Of a DNA stretch of 64,000 bases, positions 50,101-57,598 are shown in pieces. The stretch is taken from the IMG/VR virus record IMGVR_UViG_3300046690_000348, positions 2,927 through 66,926 of that record. One strand, given 5' to 3'. Numbering within the stretch: position 1 is the stretch's first letter; each line of letters begins with the position of its first letter. The notes beneath the pieces were generated by a model, which worked only from the letters and a program-made list of their open reading frames with translations, was not told the origin of the DNA and did not search any database. Source of the DNA: a virus. A program made the translations under genes and the position numbers.

Positions 50101-50375
50101 TATTGGGAGTCGGTGAACACTCGGTCCGTGTACAGCGCCCCGTGGAAGGTGCTGCCGGTGGCCGTGCCGATCACCGAGTTCGAGTTGATCTCCGGGACGC
50201 TGTAGCCGACGATCGTGGTGTAGGCCGAACCGAGTCCACCATCCGCACGGTTGAAGTTGTCGCTGACAACGAGATCGCTGACGAGCAGGTCGCCGGTCGG
50301 GACGCTGATCGAGATCGGCGGCGGCGGGGATGCCAGCGCCGAGGTCCAGCGCGCGGAGATCCAGGGCAGGCTCAT
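44154..50375 (-). CDS. 2073-aa modular virion protein with alternating beta-strand and Arg-rich repeats
   Basis: More than 20 TIxIPxGxLTxTGVxPxV units, about 15 DxNRRRSTxAVAxRR units, one lectin-like domain, two PAG..xGDLL domains. Confidence 0.8.
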   Translation of the reverse strand: MSLPWISARWTSALASPPPPISISVPTGDLLVSDLVVSDNFNRADGGLGSAYTTIVGYSVPEINSNSVIGTATGSTFHGALYTDRVFTDSQYVQATVSVPGLTSQAGVVVLSDSDRGNAYTAFLAESAGTGTLRVTQIVGFVSTTLLTVTGLATSGVVRLEVFNQVLRVYFDGTLRVTKDVHSPVSGAPGIFVFKSSTQASGNVDNVEFGNMSTAPVVARTTPVVEVLVFDQMRRRQTLNAAVRRPPDRSALWNQALRRRYQQPPDEIIHPPELELEFLVDHSRHRITIDVAVRSTFVRGPPTFAPYLHAQKRHTVPEEIRRFPWIASTFSSNFTSPSSPQSLTLPAGIVSGDLLILWAEAGGASALTLSAGWSLIAEQGNGPRLNIWARLATGSDATTIQTTPTFSNLAYAIARIVNHGVTSLADAPSVSDIAVTAAASGASTSPDPPSLTVPRPGDWLWLESSGFGIDSPSAVYWSTDYGPVLTSAGTNGNVMVGGRNLTATTEDPGVMHKSGSQTSRTYTLAIPPFGINVPVGVLTFSGLVPDIGNVNTDALPLQVDQSRRRETLNVATRRDLDRSAPWRYAQRRYRQTFVDFLSSVTIPIPPGDLVLAGDDGFVSNIDVLDNGLPLYVDQNRRRSALDVAVRRPPDRNAALRNALKRHVVWEGVFRYPYVIESATTSIPDTGAIGTPFAFNIPAGVEAGDLLLAYVGAIPTSGTRIEIPDGWHLIAGAGSSNSIAVFGRISDGADPASILLGNSANRDMAVIVHRVVQHGVRDLKNDITAGGGQSGNSTIPDPANVTMLIDGVAPSPFLDYLVIEAVVSNTAVPADAYASVGYSELSRLTVDAASVATASRDITTPSENPGTMLLATSNFWFVSTIAIPPVNSLSIDGWALRNANSNARDRRSIATAVRRDPDRNAQARNATARFRQFNFDLVATTAQSIDIPPGDLVLVGVEPTVAGTGTATIAIPAGVLTIDGVAPTVAGTGTATIPIPPGVITIDGVAPVVTTAYDPPLITDINRRRWALAAAGRRGPPSPAYLHRVRRLDVNLIAFPQTILIPNGDITFATDTPPTVDVGLDPALLADQNRRRSTLAVATRRIPARFWVRKSKLDVNLVAYPQTITIPPADLVLTGVEPVVTTNIDPTLVVDQNRRRQTLAVATRRLPARPLPRARRLDVNLLAYAQTITIPPGDLVLTGVEPTVTTGFDLSTANDVNRRRSTLATAVRRVPARIWPRSRRDTVALIAYPQTILVPPADLVFTGVEPGVTAGMDIALIYDQGRRRTTVNTATRRAIVQRPAPRRQSQILGEAQTITIPPGDLTLTGIAPTITAPATIPVPPGIITFTGVEPTVSTSIDPGLYIDINRRRSTIAVAARRLPARLHPRPRRLDTNLVAYPQTILVPNADLVFTGVAPTLSGSGTTSILEPTGALTITGVAPFVSSTGGFNVQVPTGQVVLTGVEPVVSTGMDPSLYVDVNRRRSTIAVAVRRLPARFWVRLRRLDPNLIAFPQTITIPPADLTFTGVAPVVTATGTATILAPVGALTVTGVAPAVTATGTATILLPVGPITFEGIAPVVLAGDDPIYAIDAGAAYRQAVNTAARRDPDRSAPWRYYLNRYRRDRQGALLASAVAAGIPLVPNFSGREQLQVRLVAGRRVVSTAAQYVMARRFHQAPPAGEAQTIPIPPADLTLVGVEPIITATGTATILAPVADLTFATDTPPVVSVGMDPALYVDTNRRRSTLAVAVRRIPPRFWVRKSRLDVNLVAYPQTIVVPPADLTFATDTPPTVTAGMDIALIYDQGRRRSTRNVAVRRPPVRPVQRIRRVGSSILGAPSTIVVPPADLTFLGVAPTVSGTGTRSIVAPTGVLTLSGVAPQVAAFTRITVPPAALTITGVAPIITAGSVTILIPSGTLIVAGRAPTITGTGTATILAPTGNLTITGVPPVVTGAASANQIPPAALTIVGVAPIITATGSGTVLVPTGQLTITGRAPSVAGSGLATSIPVPPGVLVLTGVPVGVLFRGTVDLETLVPTCTLEVLVPTLILDVLAPTVSLVSGATIVTLTVLAPTVTLTQSAD

Positions 50376-50385
50376 GGTTGTCCCG

Positions 50386-50715
50386 TTAGAGCAGGATCGC
50401 CGACCACTCGATGGAACGACCGGTCCCGGCGGTCTGCTTCAACGTGAACTTCACCGACCAGACAGTGGGGATCGGAACGAACAGCTTGACCTCGTCGTCG
50501 GTCGGTTGCGCATCAGCCCACGCGTCGATGTACAACACCTGTTCGGTGGAGCCGGTCAACACCTTGAGGTAGGCGCGGGCCTCGATCACGTCACCGGCGG
50601 CGAGCGGCGCCAAGTTCAGCGCGAGGACATACGTCCCCGCGGCCGTTCGGGTCGTCAAGGTGTGCTCGGTTGAGATCACACACGTCTGGGTTCCATCAGC
50701 GGAAGCGGTAGGCAT
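50386..50715 (-). CDS. small beta-sandwich virion protein
   Basis: AAGTYVL.L.L..LA.GD...FTLKQTAGTGRS..W; SD present. Confidence 0.65.
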   Translation of the reverse strand: MPTASADGTQTCVISTEHTLTTRTAAGTYVLALNLAPLAAGDVIEARAYLKVLTGSTEQVLYIDAWADAQPTDDEVKLFVPIPTVWSVKFTLKQTAGTGRSIEWSAILL

Positions 50716-50725
50716 CGTCCGTCCT

Positions 50726-51868
50726 TTACGTTTCTTCTAGACCGAAGTTGAGCACACGCACCAGACCGCCACGGGGAGGGAACCCGCCCGACGTCTCGTA
50801 GATCGTCACGAACGGCGTCGTCGCGTGCGCGACCGCGAGGAATCGACCGTCCGGTGAGAATGCGCAGCCGTTGCCGTTACCGGTGGGCAGAGTGCTCGGA
50901 TCGGCGAGTTTCGTGAACGTCGTCCCGGACCGGTCGTAGATCGTGACGAACGGGGTGCTCGAATGACCGACAGCGAGGAACCGTCCGTCTGGGGACCAGG
51001 CACAGGAGCGACCGTCATCCGCTGGCAGCGTCGCCGGGTCCGCGAGTTTCGTGAACGTCGTCCCGGACCGTTGATAGATCGTGACGCGCGGAGAAACAAA
51101 ATGAGCGGTTGCGAGCAGGCTGCCGTCCGGCGAGAACGCAATCCCGGTCACGATGTTCGCTGGCAACGATGCCGGGTCGGAGAGTTTCGTGAACGTGGTG
51201 CCGCTCCGTTCGTAGATGATGACGAACGGCGTGGTGCCGGTGCCAAGAGCGAGGAACCGTCCGTCCGGCGACCAGCAGCACCCAGTACACAGGTCAGGTG
51301 GCAACGATGCCGGGTTGGAGAGTTTCGTGAACGTCGTCCCCGAGCGTTCGTAGATCGTGACGAACGGCGTGCTGCCGGTGCCGACAGCGAAGAACCGTTC
51401 ATCTGGCGACCAGGCGCAACTCAAGGTGCTTCCTGCTGATGGTTGCGTGATGCCCGCGATGTTCGTGAACGTCGCCCCGGTGCGTTCGTAGATCGTGATG
51501 GCGATGCCTTGGGCGAACGCCAGGAATCGGCCTGACGGCGACCATGCGCACGATTGTGCGTCGCTGCCGAGCAGCGTCACCGGGTCGGGCAGGGCCGTGA
51601 ACGTCGACGCGGTCCGGTCGTACGTGACGAAGTAGTTGATCGCGCCAGCGCCGCTGACGGTGAGGAACCGGCCGTCAGGCGACCACGAAGCAGCGAGACC
51701 ATTCCCCGGCGGCAAGGTCCCCGGGTTGGTCAGCTTAGTTGGGGTGATCCACGGATAGACCAACTCGGCCCGTGTCGATTGCGGCCGGTCCTGGCCGACG
51801 TCGCCGCCGTCTTGGGTAGAGAGGTTGCGGACGACGAGCGTCATCGAAGGTTTCAAGGCGTCGGCCAT
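50726..51868 (-). CDS. 7-bladed WD40-like beta-propeller, paralog 3
   Basis: Seven (W/F)SPDGRFLAV...PFVTIYERSGTTFTKL.DP..LP blades. Confidence 0.9.
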   Translation of the reverse strand: MADALKPSMTLVVRNLSTQDGGDVGQDRPQSTRAELVYPWITPTKLTNPGTLPPGNGLAASWSPDGRFLTVSGAGAINYFVTYDRTASTFTALPDPVTLLGSDAQSCAWSPSGRFLAFAQGIAITIYERTGATFTNIAGITQPSAGSTLSCAWSPDERFFAVGTGSTPFVTIYERSGTTFTKLSNPASLPPDLCTGCCWSPDGRFLALGTGTTPFVIIYERSGTTFTKLSDPASLPANIVTGIAFSPDGSLLATAHFVSPRVTIYQRSGTTFTKLADPATLPADDGRSCAWSPDGRFLAVGHSSTPFVTIYDRSGTTFTKLADPSTLPTGNGNGCAFSPDGRFLAVAHATTPFVTIYETSGGFPPRGGLVRVLNFGLEET

Positions 51869-53124
51869 CAGAGTTCCCCCGGATCTGGCATCCACAGATA
51901 GAAGTCGTCCTCGTACACCGTCTCACCGGACGTCTCGTAGAACAGGATGTCGGTGGAGCCGGATGACATGGGCAGCGTCATAAACCTTCCGTCCGGTGAC
52001 CAGGCGCTCCCCTTGGTCGATCCGTTGCCGGTCGGCAGGACGGGGGCGACCATCGCCAGGAACTCGGAGCCGAACCTGCGGTACAGAGTCACTGTCGCTC
52101 CGACGTGCATGAGAAGCGAGCCGTCCGGCGACCACGAGCAGCCACCCGCCGCCCCGGGCAGTGTCGCCGGGTTGGGAAGTTTCGTGAACGTGTTACCCGA
52201 TCGTTCGTAGATCGTGATGAATGGGGTCGTGGAGTGGCCCATTGCGAGGAAGCGGCCATCCGGGGAGAACGCGATGCCACCCGAGCCGTTGCCCGCTGGG
52301 AGGGATCCCGGGTCGGTGAGTTTCGTGAAGGTCGTGTCGGTGCGTTCGTAGATGGTGATGAACGGCGTGGTCGCGTGGGAGACGGCGAGGAAACGTCCGT
52401 CCGGCGACCAGCAACACCCTGCGGCGCTTCCTGTTGGTTGCGTCGCCGGGTTGGTGACTTTCGTGAATGTTGTCCCGGTGCGGTCGTAGATCGTGATGCG
52501 GATTGTCACGTTCGTCGTGTGGGCGACCGCGAGGAACCGTCCATCGGGCGACCATGCGAGTCCGTTGACGCCCTGCCCAGGCATCGACGCCGGGTCGGCG
52601 AGCTTCGTGAACGTCGTCCCTGAGCGTTCGTAGATGATGAGGAACACGGAGGCTCCGCCGCCCTCGGCGAGGAACCTGCCATCCGGCGAGAACGCGATCG
52701 TGCTTCCCGCTGACAGCGCGGAGGCCGGATCGGCGAGTTTCGTGAATGTCGTCCCGGAACGCTCGTAGATCTTCAACGGCGGGGTGCCGGTGTGAGCGAC
52801 GGCCAGCATCCGGCCATCGGGCGACCATGATGTCTCGAACGTCGAACTGCCCGGCAGCACCGCAGGCGGTGAGAGCCGCACCGGCTTGTGCCAGCGGAAC
52901 AGGGGGACGAGATATTTGCCCCACTGGTCCTGTCGCAACACCGCGGTGATGGTGCGGGCGACATAGCTGCGGTACCCGGCCAACGGGTATTTGACCGGGA
53001 CATAGGTGATGGTTTGAGCGGTGTCGGTTTCGACGGCCTGCTCGACATCAACGAGCAGCAGACGCGTACGTGCGCCCTGAACGATACGAACATTGGTCGG
53101 TTGGCCGCGGCCTAGCTGGGCCAT
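51868..53124 (-). CDS. 7-bladed WD40-like beta-propeller, paralog 2
   Basis: Seven blades; N-terminal MAQLGRGQP and QAVETDTAQ motifs. Confidence 0.9.
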   Translation of the reverse strand: MAQLGRGQPTNVRIVQGARTRLLLVDVEQAVETDTAQTITYVPVKYPLAGYRSYVARTITAVLRQDQWGKYLVPLFRWHKPVRLSPPAVLPGSSTFETSWSPDGRMLAVAHTGTPPLKIYERSGTTFTKLADPASALSAGSTIAFSPDGRFLAEGGGASVFLIIYERSGTTFTKLADPASMPGQGVNGLAWSPDGRFLAVAHTTNVTIRITIYDRTGTTFTKVTNPATQPTGSAAGCCWSPDGRFLAVSHATTPFITIYERTDTTFTKLTDPGSLPAGNGSGGIAFSPDGRFLAMGHSTTPFITIYERSGNTFTKLPNPATLPGAAGGCSWSPDGSLLMHVGATVTLYRRFGSEFLAMVAPVLPTGNGSTKGSAWSPDGRFMTLPMSSGSTDILFYETSGETVYEDDFYLWMPDPGEL

Positions 53125-53134
53125 CAGCTACCGC

Positions 53135-53602
53135 CTAGATGCGAGTCACCGAAAGAGTGCCGCGGGCGTTGACCGTCGCAGTCGTGTTGATCCGCAAGAC
53201 GAAGCCTTCACCGAGCGCGCAGTCTGGTTCGGTGCCGAGCGGGAAGTTGTAGATGAGAAGCCCGCCGTTCGGCGTGAGGTACTTCTCAAGCAATGGTGTC
53301 ACCGTTGTCGGCTCCGACGTCCACAGCGTGCCCGATGTGAACCCGGCGGTCAGGACGCGGCCGAGTCGTTGACGTGGCGTCGTTGACGTCGAGTTCGTGC
53401 CCGGCGAGTTCGTCGCCCACGTGCAGTAGCACAGTTCGACCGATGCGGGGACGGCGGATGCGGAGATCCCGTCGAAGGCGATCTCGAATCCGACGACCTG
53501 CAAACCGGAGTTGGCGTGGGCTTTGACGCCGAGCATCGACTTCGCCCCGGTCGTGAACGACCTTGCGGCTTCTGTCGAGCAGTCGTAGATCGGGGCTGGC
53601 AT
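53135..53602 (-). CDS. jelly-roll-like virion protein (paralog family B)
   Basis: Beta-rich, about 155 aa, similar layout to 56579-57052. Confidence 0.6.
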   Translation of the reverse strand: MPAPIYDCSTEAARSFTTGAKSMLGVKAHANSGLQVVGFEIAFDGISASAVPASVELCYCTWATNSPGTNSTSTTPRQRLGRVLTAGFTSGTLWTSEPTTVTPLLEKYLTPNGGLLIYNFPLGTEPDCALGEGFVLRINTTATVNARGTLSVTRI

Positions 53603-53619
53603 GGGTTCCTATCTTTCCA

Positions 53620-54384
53620 TCACCAGCGGGTCGATCGGTGGACTGCGAACGTCTTGACGACCGGGTCAGGTGTGGTGGTGAACGTTTCGGTGAAGATCAG
53701 GCAGCCGGTGATCCAGTCCGATGAGGTGCCGGTCGCGCTGAACGACTGGGTGGCGGTGGCGTTGACGACTTTCGATTGGAAGTAGGCGGCCATGCCGGTC
53801 GCACCGGCACCGTTGAACGTGCCGTACACCGCCGACCATGAGCCGTTGGTGGTGTCGGCGTCGCCGGTGACCGCAGCACCGTTCTCGTGACCGACCCAGC
53901 ACAGTACGCCTTCATCCTGGGTCACGGATGGTGTGACGAGCGCCGTCGAAGCTGCGGCACCGACCGTGTTGCCTCCGGTCGCCCCCGAGTTCGTGCGATA
54001 CGTGAGCACCCCGGGGGTGGACACCTTCATAAACGCGACAGCGCGGGCGACGAGCGTGCCGGACCAGGCCACGTTGACGGACGTGCCCGAAGCGATGAAC
54101 GAGGTGACCGGGAACGCGACGCAGCGGACGTCGAGACCGTTGCTGGCGGTGGACGGGTCGTTCGCCCCGGTTTGGGCTGACACGGAAGCACCGACCGACC
54201 CGGACGCCGGGGTGAAGGTGATCGTGCCCGACATCGGATCAGCGCCACCGCCACCGGAGTTGTCATAAGCGATCAACGCGACGACGATGTCGCCGACGTT
54301 CAGATCGACGGCGGTCGTCACGGCCTGCGGCGACGCACCCGACGCGGCGTTCGCTGTACCGGCCCCGGTGAACGTGATCGTCAT
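53620..54384 (-). CDS. Ser/Thr/Ala-rich virion protein
   Basis: VGDIVVA.IA.DN domain like the internal domains of the 2073-aa protein; ends AVHRSTRW. Confidence 0.65.
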   Translation of the reverse strand: MTITFTGAGTANAASGASPQAVTTAVDLNVGDIVVALIAYDNSGGGGADPMSGTITFTPASGSVGASVSAQTGANDPSTASNGLDVRCVAFPVTSFIASGTSVNVAWSGTLVARAVAFMKVSTPGVLTYRTNSGATGGNTVGAAASTALVTPSVTQDEGVLCWVGHENGAAVTGDADTTNGSWSAVYGTFNGAGATGMAAYFQSKVVNATATQSFSATGTSSDWITGCLIFTETFTTTPDPVVKTFAVHRSTRW

Positions 54385-55508
54385 CAGTCACCACCGAGCC
54401 ACGGCCGGAACGTCAACGCATATGGCATCTCGGTCAAGCGGCCCGTCTCGTTCGTCTCGTAGATCGTGACGAACGGCGTCGTGGTGTGCGGGACCGCGAG
54501 GAACCGGCCGTCAGGTGAGAACGCGCTCACTTCGCTGAGTTGAGGCAGTGTGGACGCCGGGGCCGTCAGTTTGATGAACCTTGTTCCGGCCCGTTGGTAG
54601 ATCGCGATGTACGGCGAGTTGCTGTGGCCGACCGCGAGGAACTGGCCGTCCGGCGACCAGGCGCAGCCCTGGCCGTCGCTGGCCGGAAGCGAGTTCGGGT
54701 TCGCCGTCTTGGTGAACGTCGAACCGGACCGTTCATAGATCGTGACGCGCGGCGAGGTCGAGTGGGCGATAGCGAGGAACCGTCCATCGGGCGACCAGCC
54801 AGCACCTTGCCCAAGGCCGGTGGGCAGCGACGCCGGGTCGGCGAGTTTCGTGAGGGTCGTGTTGGTGCGTTCGTAGATGTGAACGTATGGAGTCAGCGTG
54901 GTGACGAGAGCGAGGAAGCGGCCGTCCGGCGACCACGCGCAGCCGTTGCCGTTGGTGGCTCCGATCGGCAGGTCCGCCGGATCGGCGAGTTTCGTGAACG
55001 TGGTCCCCGACCGTTCGTAGATATGGATGAACGGGGTCGAGGTGCTGGCGCACGCGAGGAAACGTGTGTCCGGTGACCACGCGACACCGAACGTCGTGCT
55101 GCCAGGTAGCGACACCGGATCGGTGAGTTTCGTGAACGTCGTGCCCGACCGTTCGTAGATGGTGATGAACGGCGTGGTCGTATGGCCGACAACAAGGAAA
55201 CGCCCGTCCGATGAGAACGCACAAGAGTACGACGTCCCGGCGGGCAGCGTGCCCGGGTCGGTGAGTTTCGTGAACGTCGTCCCGGCACGCTCGTAGATCG
55301 TGATGTTCGGCGAAGTGAAGTGAGCGACGGCGAGGAACCGGCCGTCCGGCGACCATGCGCACGTGTGACCGGTTCCGGTCGGCGGCGTTCCCGGGTCCGT
55401 GAGCTTGTTGGGAGCGGACCAGCGTGAGGTGACGGCCTGTTGCTGGCCGATCGAGGATGGGATCGAGGCGACGGTGGCGACACCGCCGAGGCGTGGGGCG
55501 TCAGCCAT
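54384..55508 (-). CDS. 7-bladed WD40-like beta-propeller, paralog 1
   Basis: Seven blades; start at ATG 55508 (TGATG overlap). Confidence 0.9.
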   Translation of the reverse strand: MADAPRLGGVATVASIPSSIGQQQAVTSRWSAPNKLTDPGTPPTGTGHTCAWSPDGRFLAVAHFTSPNITIYERAGTTFTKLTDPGTLPAGTSYSCAFSSDGRFLVVGHTTTPFITIYERSGTTFTKLTDPVSLPGSTTFGVAWSPDTRFLACASTSTPFIHIYERSGTTFTKLADPADLPIGATNGNGCAWSPDGRFLALVTTLTPYVHIYERTNTTLTKLADPASLPTGLGQGAGWSPDGRFLAIAHSTSPRVTIYERSGSTFTKTANPNSLPASDGQGCAWSPDGQFLAVGHSNSPYIAIYQRAGTRFIKLTAPASTLPQLSEVSAFSPDGRFLAVPHTTTPFVTIYETNETGRLTEMPYALTFRPWLGGD

Positions 55509-55981
55509 CACGCGGCCCGGTAGAACCCGGCGCTGGCGATCCGGGCGAGAATGTCGGCCCCGTCCGGGGTGACGGCGAAGTCGTGCAACGTCAACGGCAC
55601 CATCAGAGCGTCGGTCACCCCGGCCGATGACGGGTCGTAGCAGATCACCAGTTTCGACCATCCGTCCCCGGTGCCGATCCCGGTCCATGTCTGATCGGGA
55701 ATGTCGAGATCGAAGCGGTCGTTCGCGTCGTCCGGGGTGATCGCCGCGAGGTCGGCTGCGGCGAGCACTTTGCGGGCGTACCCCGAGTTCGTCACCTCGT
55801 TCGTCGCCCCGGCGATCACCGCCGCGAACGTGTCCAGGTCGAGCAGCGTCGCATCCGACTGCAACCCGGACGTGGCGAGCGCGGCGATGACGAGCCGCGA
55901 CCCGGACGGATCGCCGAGGTCGACACGGTTATATAGCTCAGTGACGCGGCCCTTGGCGATGTTAAAGACCGACGCTGCCAC
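55508..55981 (-). CDS. small virion adaptor-like protein (paralog family A)
   Basis: VFNIAKGR...NE.T..GYARK.L...DD.NDR..LD..DQTW...P.G.DI; TACTGT 7 nt before GTG. Confidence 0.75.
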   Translation of the reverse strand: MAASVFNIAKGRVTELYNRVDLGDPSGSRLVIAALATSGLQSDATLLDLDTFAAVIAGATNEVTNSGYARKVLAAADLAAITPDDANDRFDLDIPDQTWTGIGTGDGWSKLVICYDPSSAGVTDALMVPLTLHDFAVTPDGADILARIASAGFYRAA

Positions 55982-56024
55982 GCTGCCTACAGTACGAGTC
56001 GCGTCGCGCGACGGCGGGGGATGC

Positions 56025-56261
56025 TCACACCCGCTCCGAGCACGCCGGGCAGAGTTCCTGACCTTGTGGGGCGAAGTCTGCGGCGTACCCGTTCGTGATC
56101 GCCCAACGGCCACACAGGGTCGTGCCGATCGTCTTGCCTGCGTCACCGACCTGCGGGATGGCATGACGGCCCGGTTGCATGATGTGCCACGGGCGCAGCG
56201 GGTTCTCCTGGTCGACGCCGAGCACGGCCAGCTTGCGGCCGACCATGATCAGCTTGCCCAT
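56025..56261 (-). CDS. small Zn-binding hypothetical protein
   Basis: WH...TLCG...CPAC. Confidence 0.55.
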   Translation of the reverse strand: MGKLIMVGRKLAVLGVDQENPLRPWHIMQPGRHAIPQVGDAGKTIGTTLCGRWAITNGYAADFAPQGQELCPACSERV

Positions 56262-56266
56262 CGCTG

Positions 56267-56569
56267 TCAGCCCGAGATGGCTACTTCGACCGACCCGAAC
56301 GCGAAGTGGGAGTAGCCGCGCTCGACTTCGATGGTGTGCTCGACACCGTCTGCGTCAACGGTCGACACCCAGCAATACAGGTTCTCGCCGCGCTTGTCGG
56401 TGCGCTGCACGATCCGCACTCGGGTCCCGTCCTCGGCGTCCCATTCGGTGAGCGTGCCATCTTCGCCCGGGGAGGCCGACAGCGTCTCCGCTGCCACGCC
56501 CTTGCCCGAGGGGTAGAAGTAGCCGCGCGCTGAAACGGTGTCCGGGTAGTGCGTGATCTTCACCTTCAT
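56267..56569 (-). CDS. hypothetical protein
   Basis: ORF in minus-strand operon. Confidence 0.55.
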   Translation of the reverse strand: MKVKITHYPDTVSARGYFYPSGKGVAAETLSASPGEDGTLTEWDAEDGTRVRIVQRTDKRGENLYCWVSTVDADGVEHTIEVERGYSHFAFGSVEVAISG

Positions 56570-56578
56570 GGACTGAGG

Positions 56579-57052
56579 TTAGTACGAGAACTCAAGCCAC
56601 GTGACACCGTGCAGCCAGTTGCCGGTCGGGGCAACCGAGTGCTTCAACCCGATGAACTCGGACGGGCCGAGGCCGATGCGCTCCTCGGGGACCGGGAGGT
56701 ACAGGCAGCCGTTGCCGACGATGTTCAACCCCTCGTTCCAGAGGTAGTTCGTCAGGTCGGTGCCCTCGACCGTGGCGGTGATGCCGGTCGCGGCTGAACC
56801 ACCGACGCACTTCGATGCCTGCATACCGTCCGTCAGGAAGTCGGGGGTACGCGACGTCACGGTCGCGGCTGCGGACTTCTTGATGAGACCGAGCGCGGTC
56901 GCTGCGGACGTCGTGGACGACGACTGTCCGCCCCACGCGCGGATGATGTCGATCGCGACGTTCGCCGGTGTGGCGACCTGGATGACAGTGATCGCCGTGG
57001 TGGTCGAGACGTTCGATCGAACGACGGCGTAGGACCCGGATGGTGCTGGCAT
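56579..57052 (-). CDS. jelly-roll-like virion protein (paralog family B)
   Basis: T.IQV...T.EGT...G.LY.P.PEERI; AGGAGA SD. Confidence 0.65.
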   Translation of the reverse strand: MPAPSGSYAVVRSNVSTTTAITVIQVATPANVAIDIIRAWGGQSSSTTSAATALGLIKKSAAATVTSRTPDFLTDGMQASKCVGGSAATGITATVEGTDLTNYLWNEGLNIVGNGCLYLPVPEERIGLGPSEFIGLKHSVAPTGNWLHGVTWLEFSY

Positions 57053-57064
57053 GGCTCTATTCTC

Positions 57065-57529
57065 CTACGAGGCTCGGTACAGATCGGTGATGGTCAACGT
57101 GATGTCTGACCCGTTGGTTGGGATTCCGGGCGCGTCCAACAGGAACACGCTGATGACCGGGGAGTCGGTGTCGTTCGTCACGAACTCGAACACGAACCCG
57201 CCGATGATCGTCTCCCCGGCGGCGACACCGGAGATGACCACATCGGAGGCGTCCATGTTGACCCGGTCGTTGGCGTCGTCCTCGGTCGCGTTCGAGCGCG
57301 TGAGGTTCTGACGCGAGTACCCGGCGACCGTCAACTCGGCGACGCCGGTCGCTGCGAGGAAGTCGGTGACGAAGTTGATGTCCGCGACCTCGGCCGCGGT
57401 GTCGATCCCTGTCGGACGTGACGTGCCGTTGATGAGGCCGAGCCGGAACGCCGTGCCGCCCGAGTCATCCCAGTCGCCCTGGATGAGCTTGAGCTTGCCC
57501 TTGTTGGTCAACCAGTTGACGGATGCCAT
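57065..57529 (-). CDS. small virion adaptor-like protein (paralog family A)
   Basis: EL...GYSRQ.L...DD.NDR...DA.DV...P.NG.DI; GGAGGAG SD. Confidence 0.75.
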   Translation of the reverse strand: MASVNWLTNKGKLKLIQGDWDDSGGTAFRLGLINGTSRPTGIDTAAEVADINFVTDFLAATGVAELTVAGYSRQNLTRSNATEDDANDRVNMDASDVVISGVAAGETIIGGFVFEFVTNDTDSPVISVFLLDAPGIPTNGSDITLTITDLYRAS

Positions 57530-57598
57530 TGAACACTCCTCCGGGGAGAACTACGTCGACAGGAATCTAGTTGACCGCACGTGATCATTCGGGGACCA

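Noticed and set aside
50726-55508. Diversity-generating retroelement explaining the propeller variants
   Set aside because: No reverse transcriptase, no non-coding template repeat, and differences are not adenine-specific
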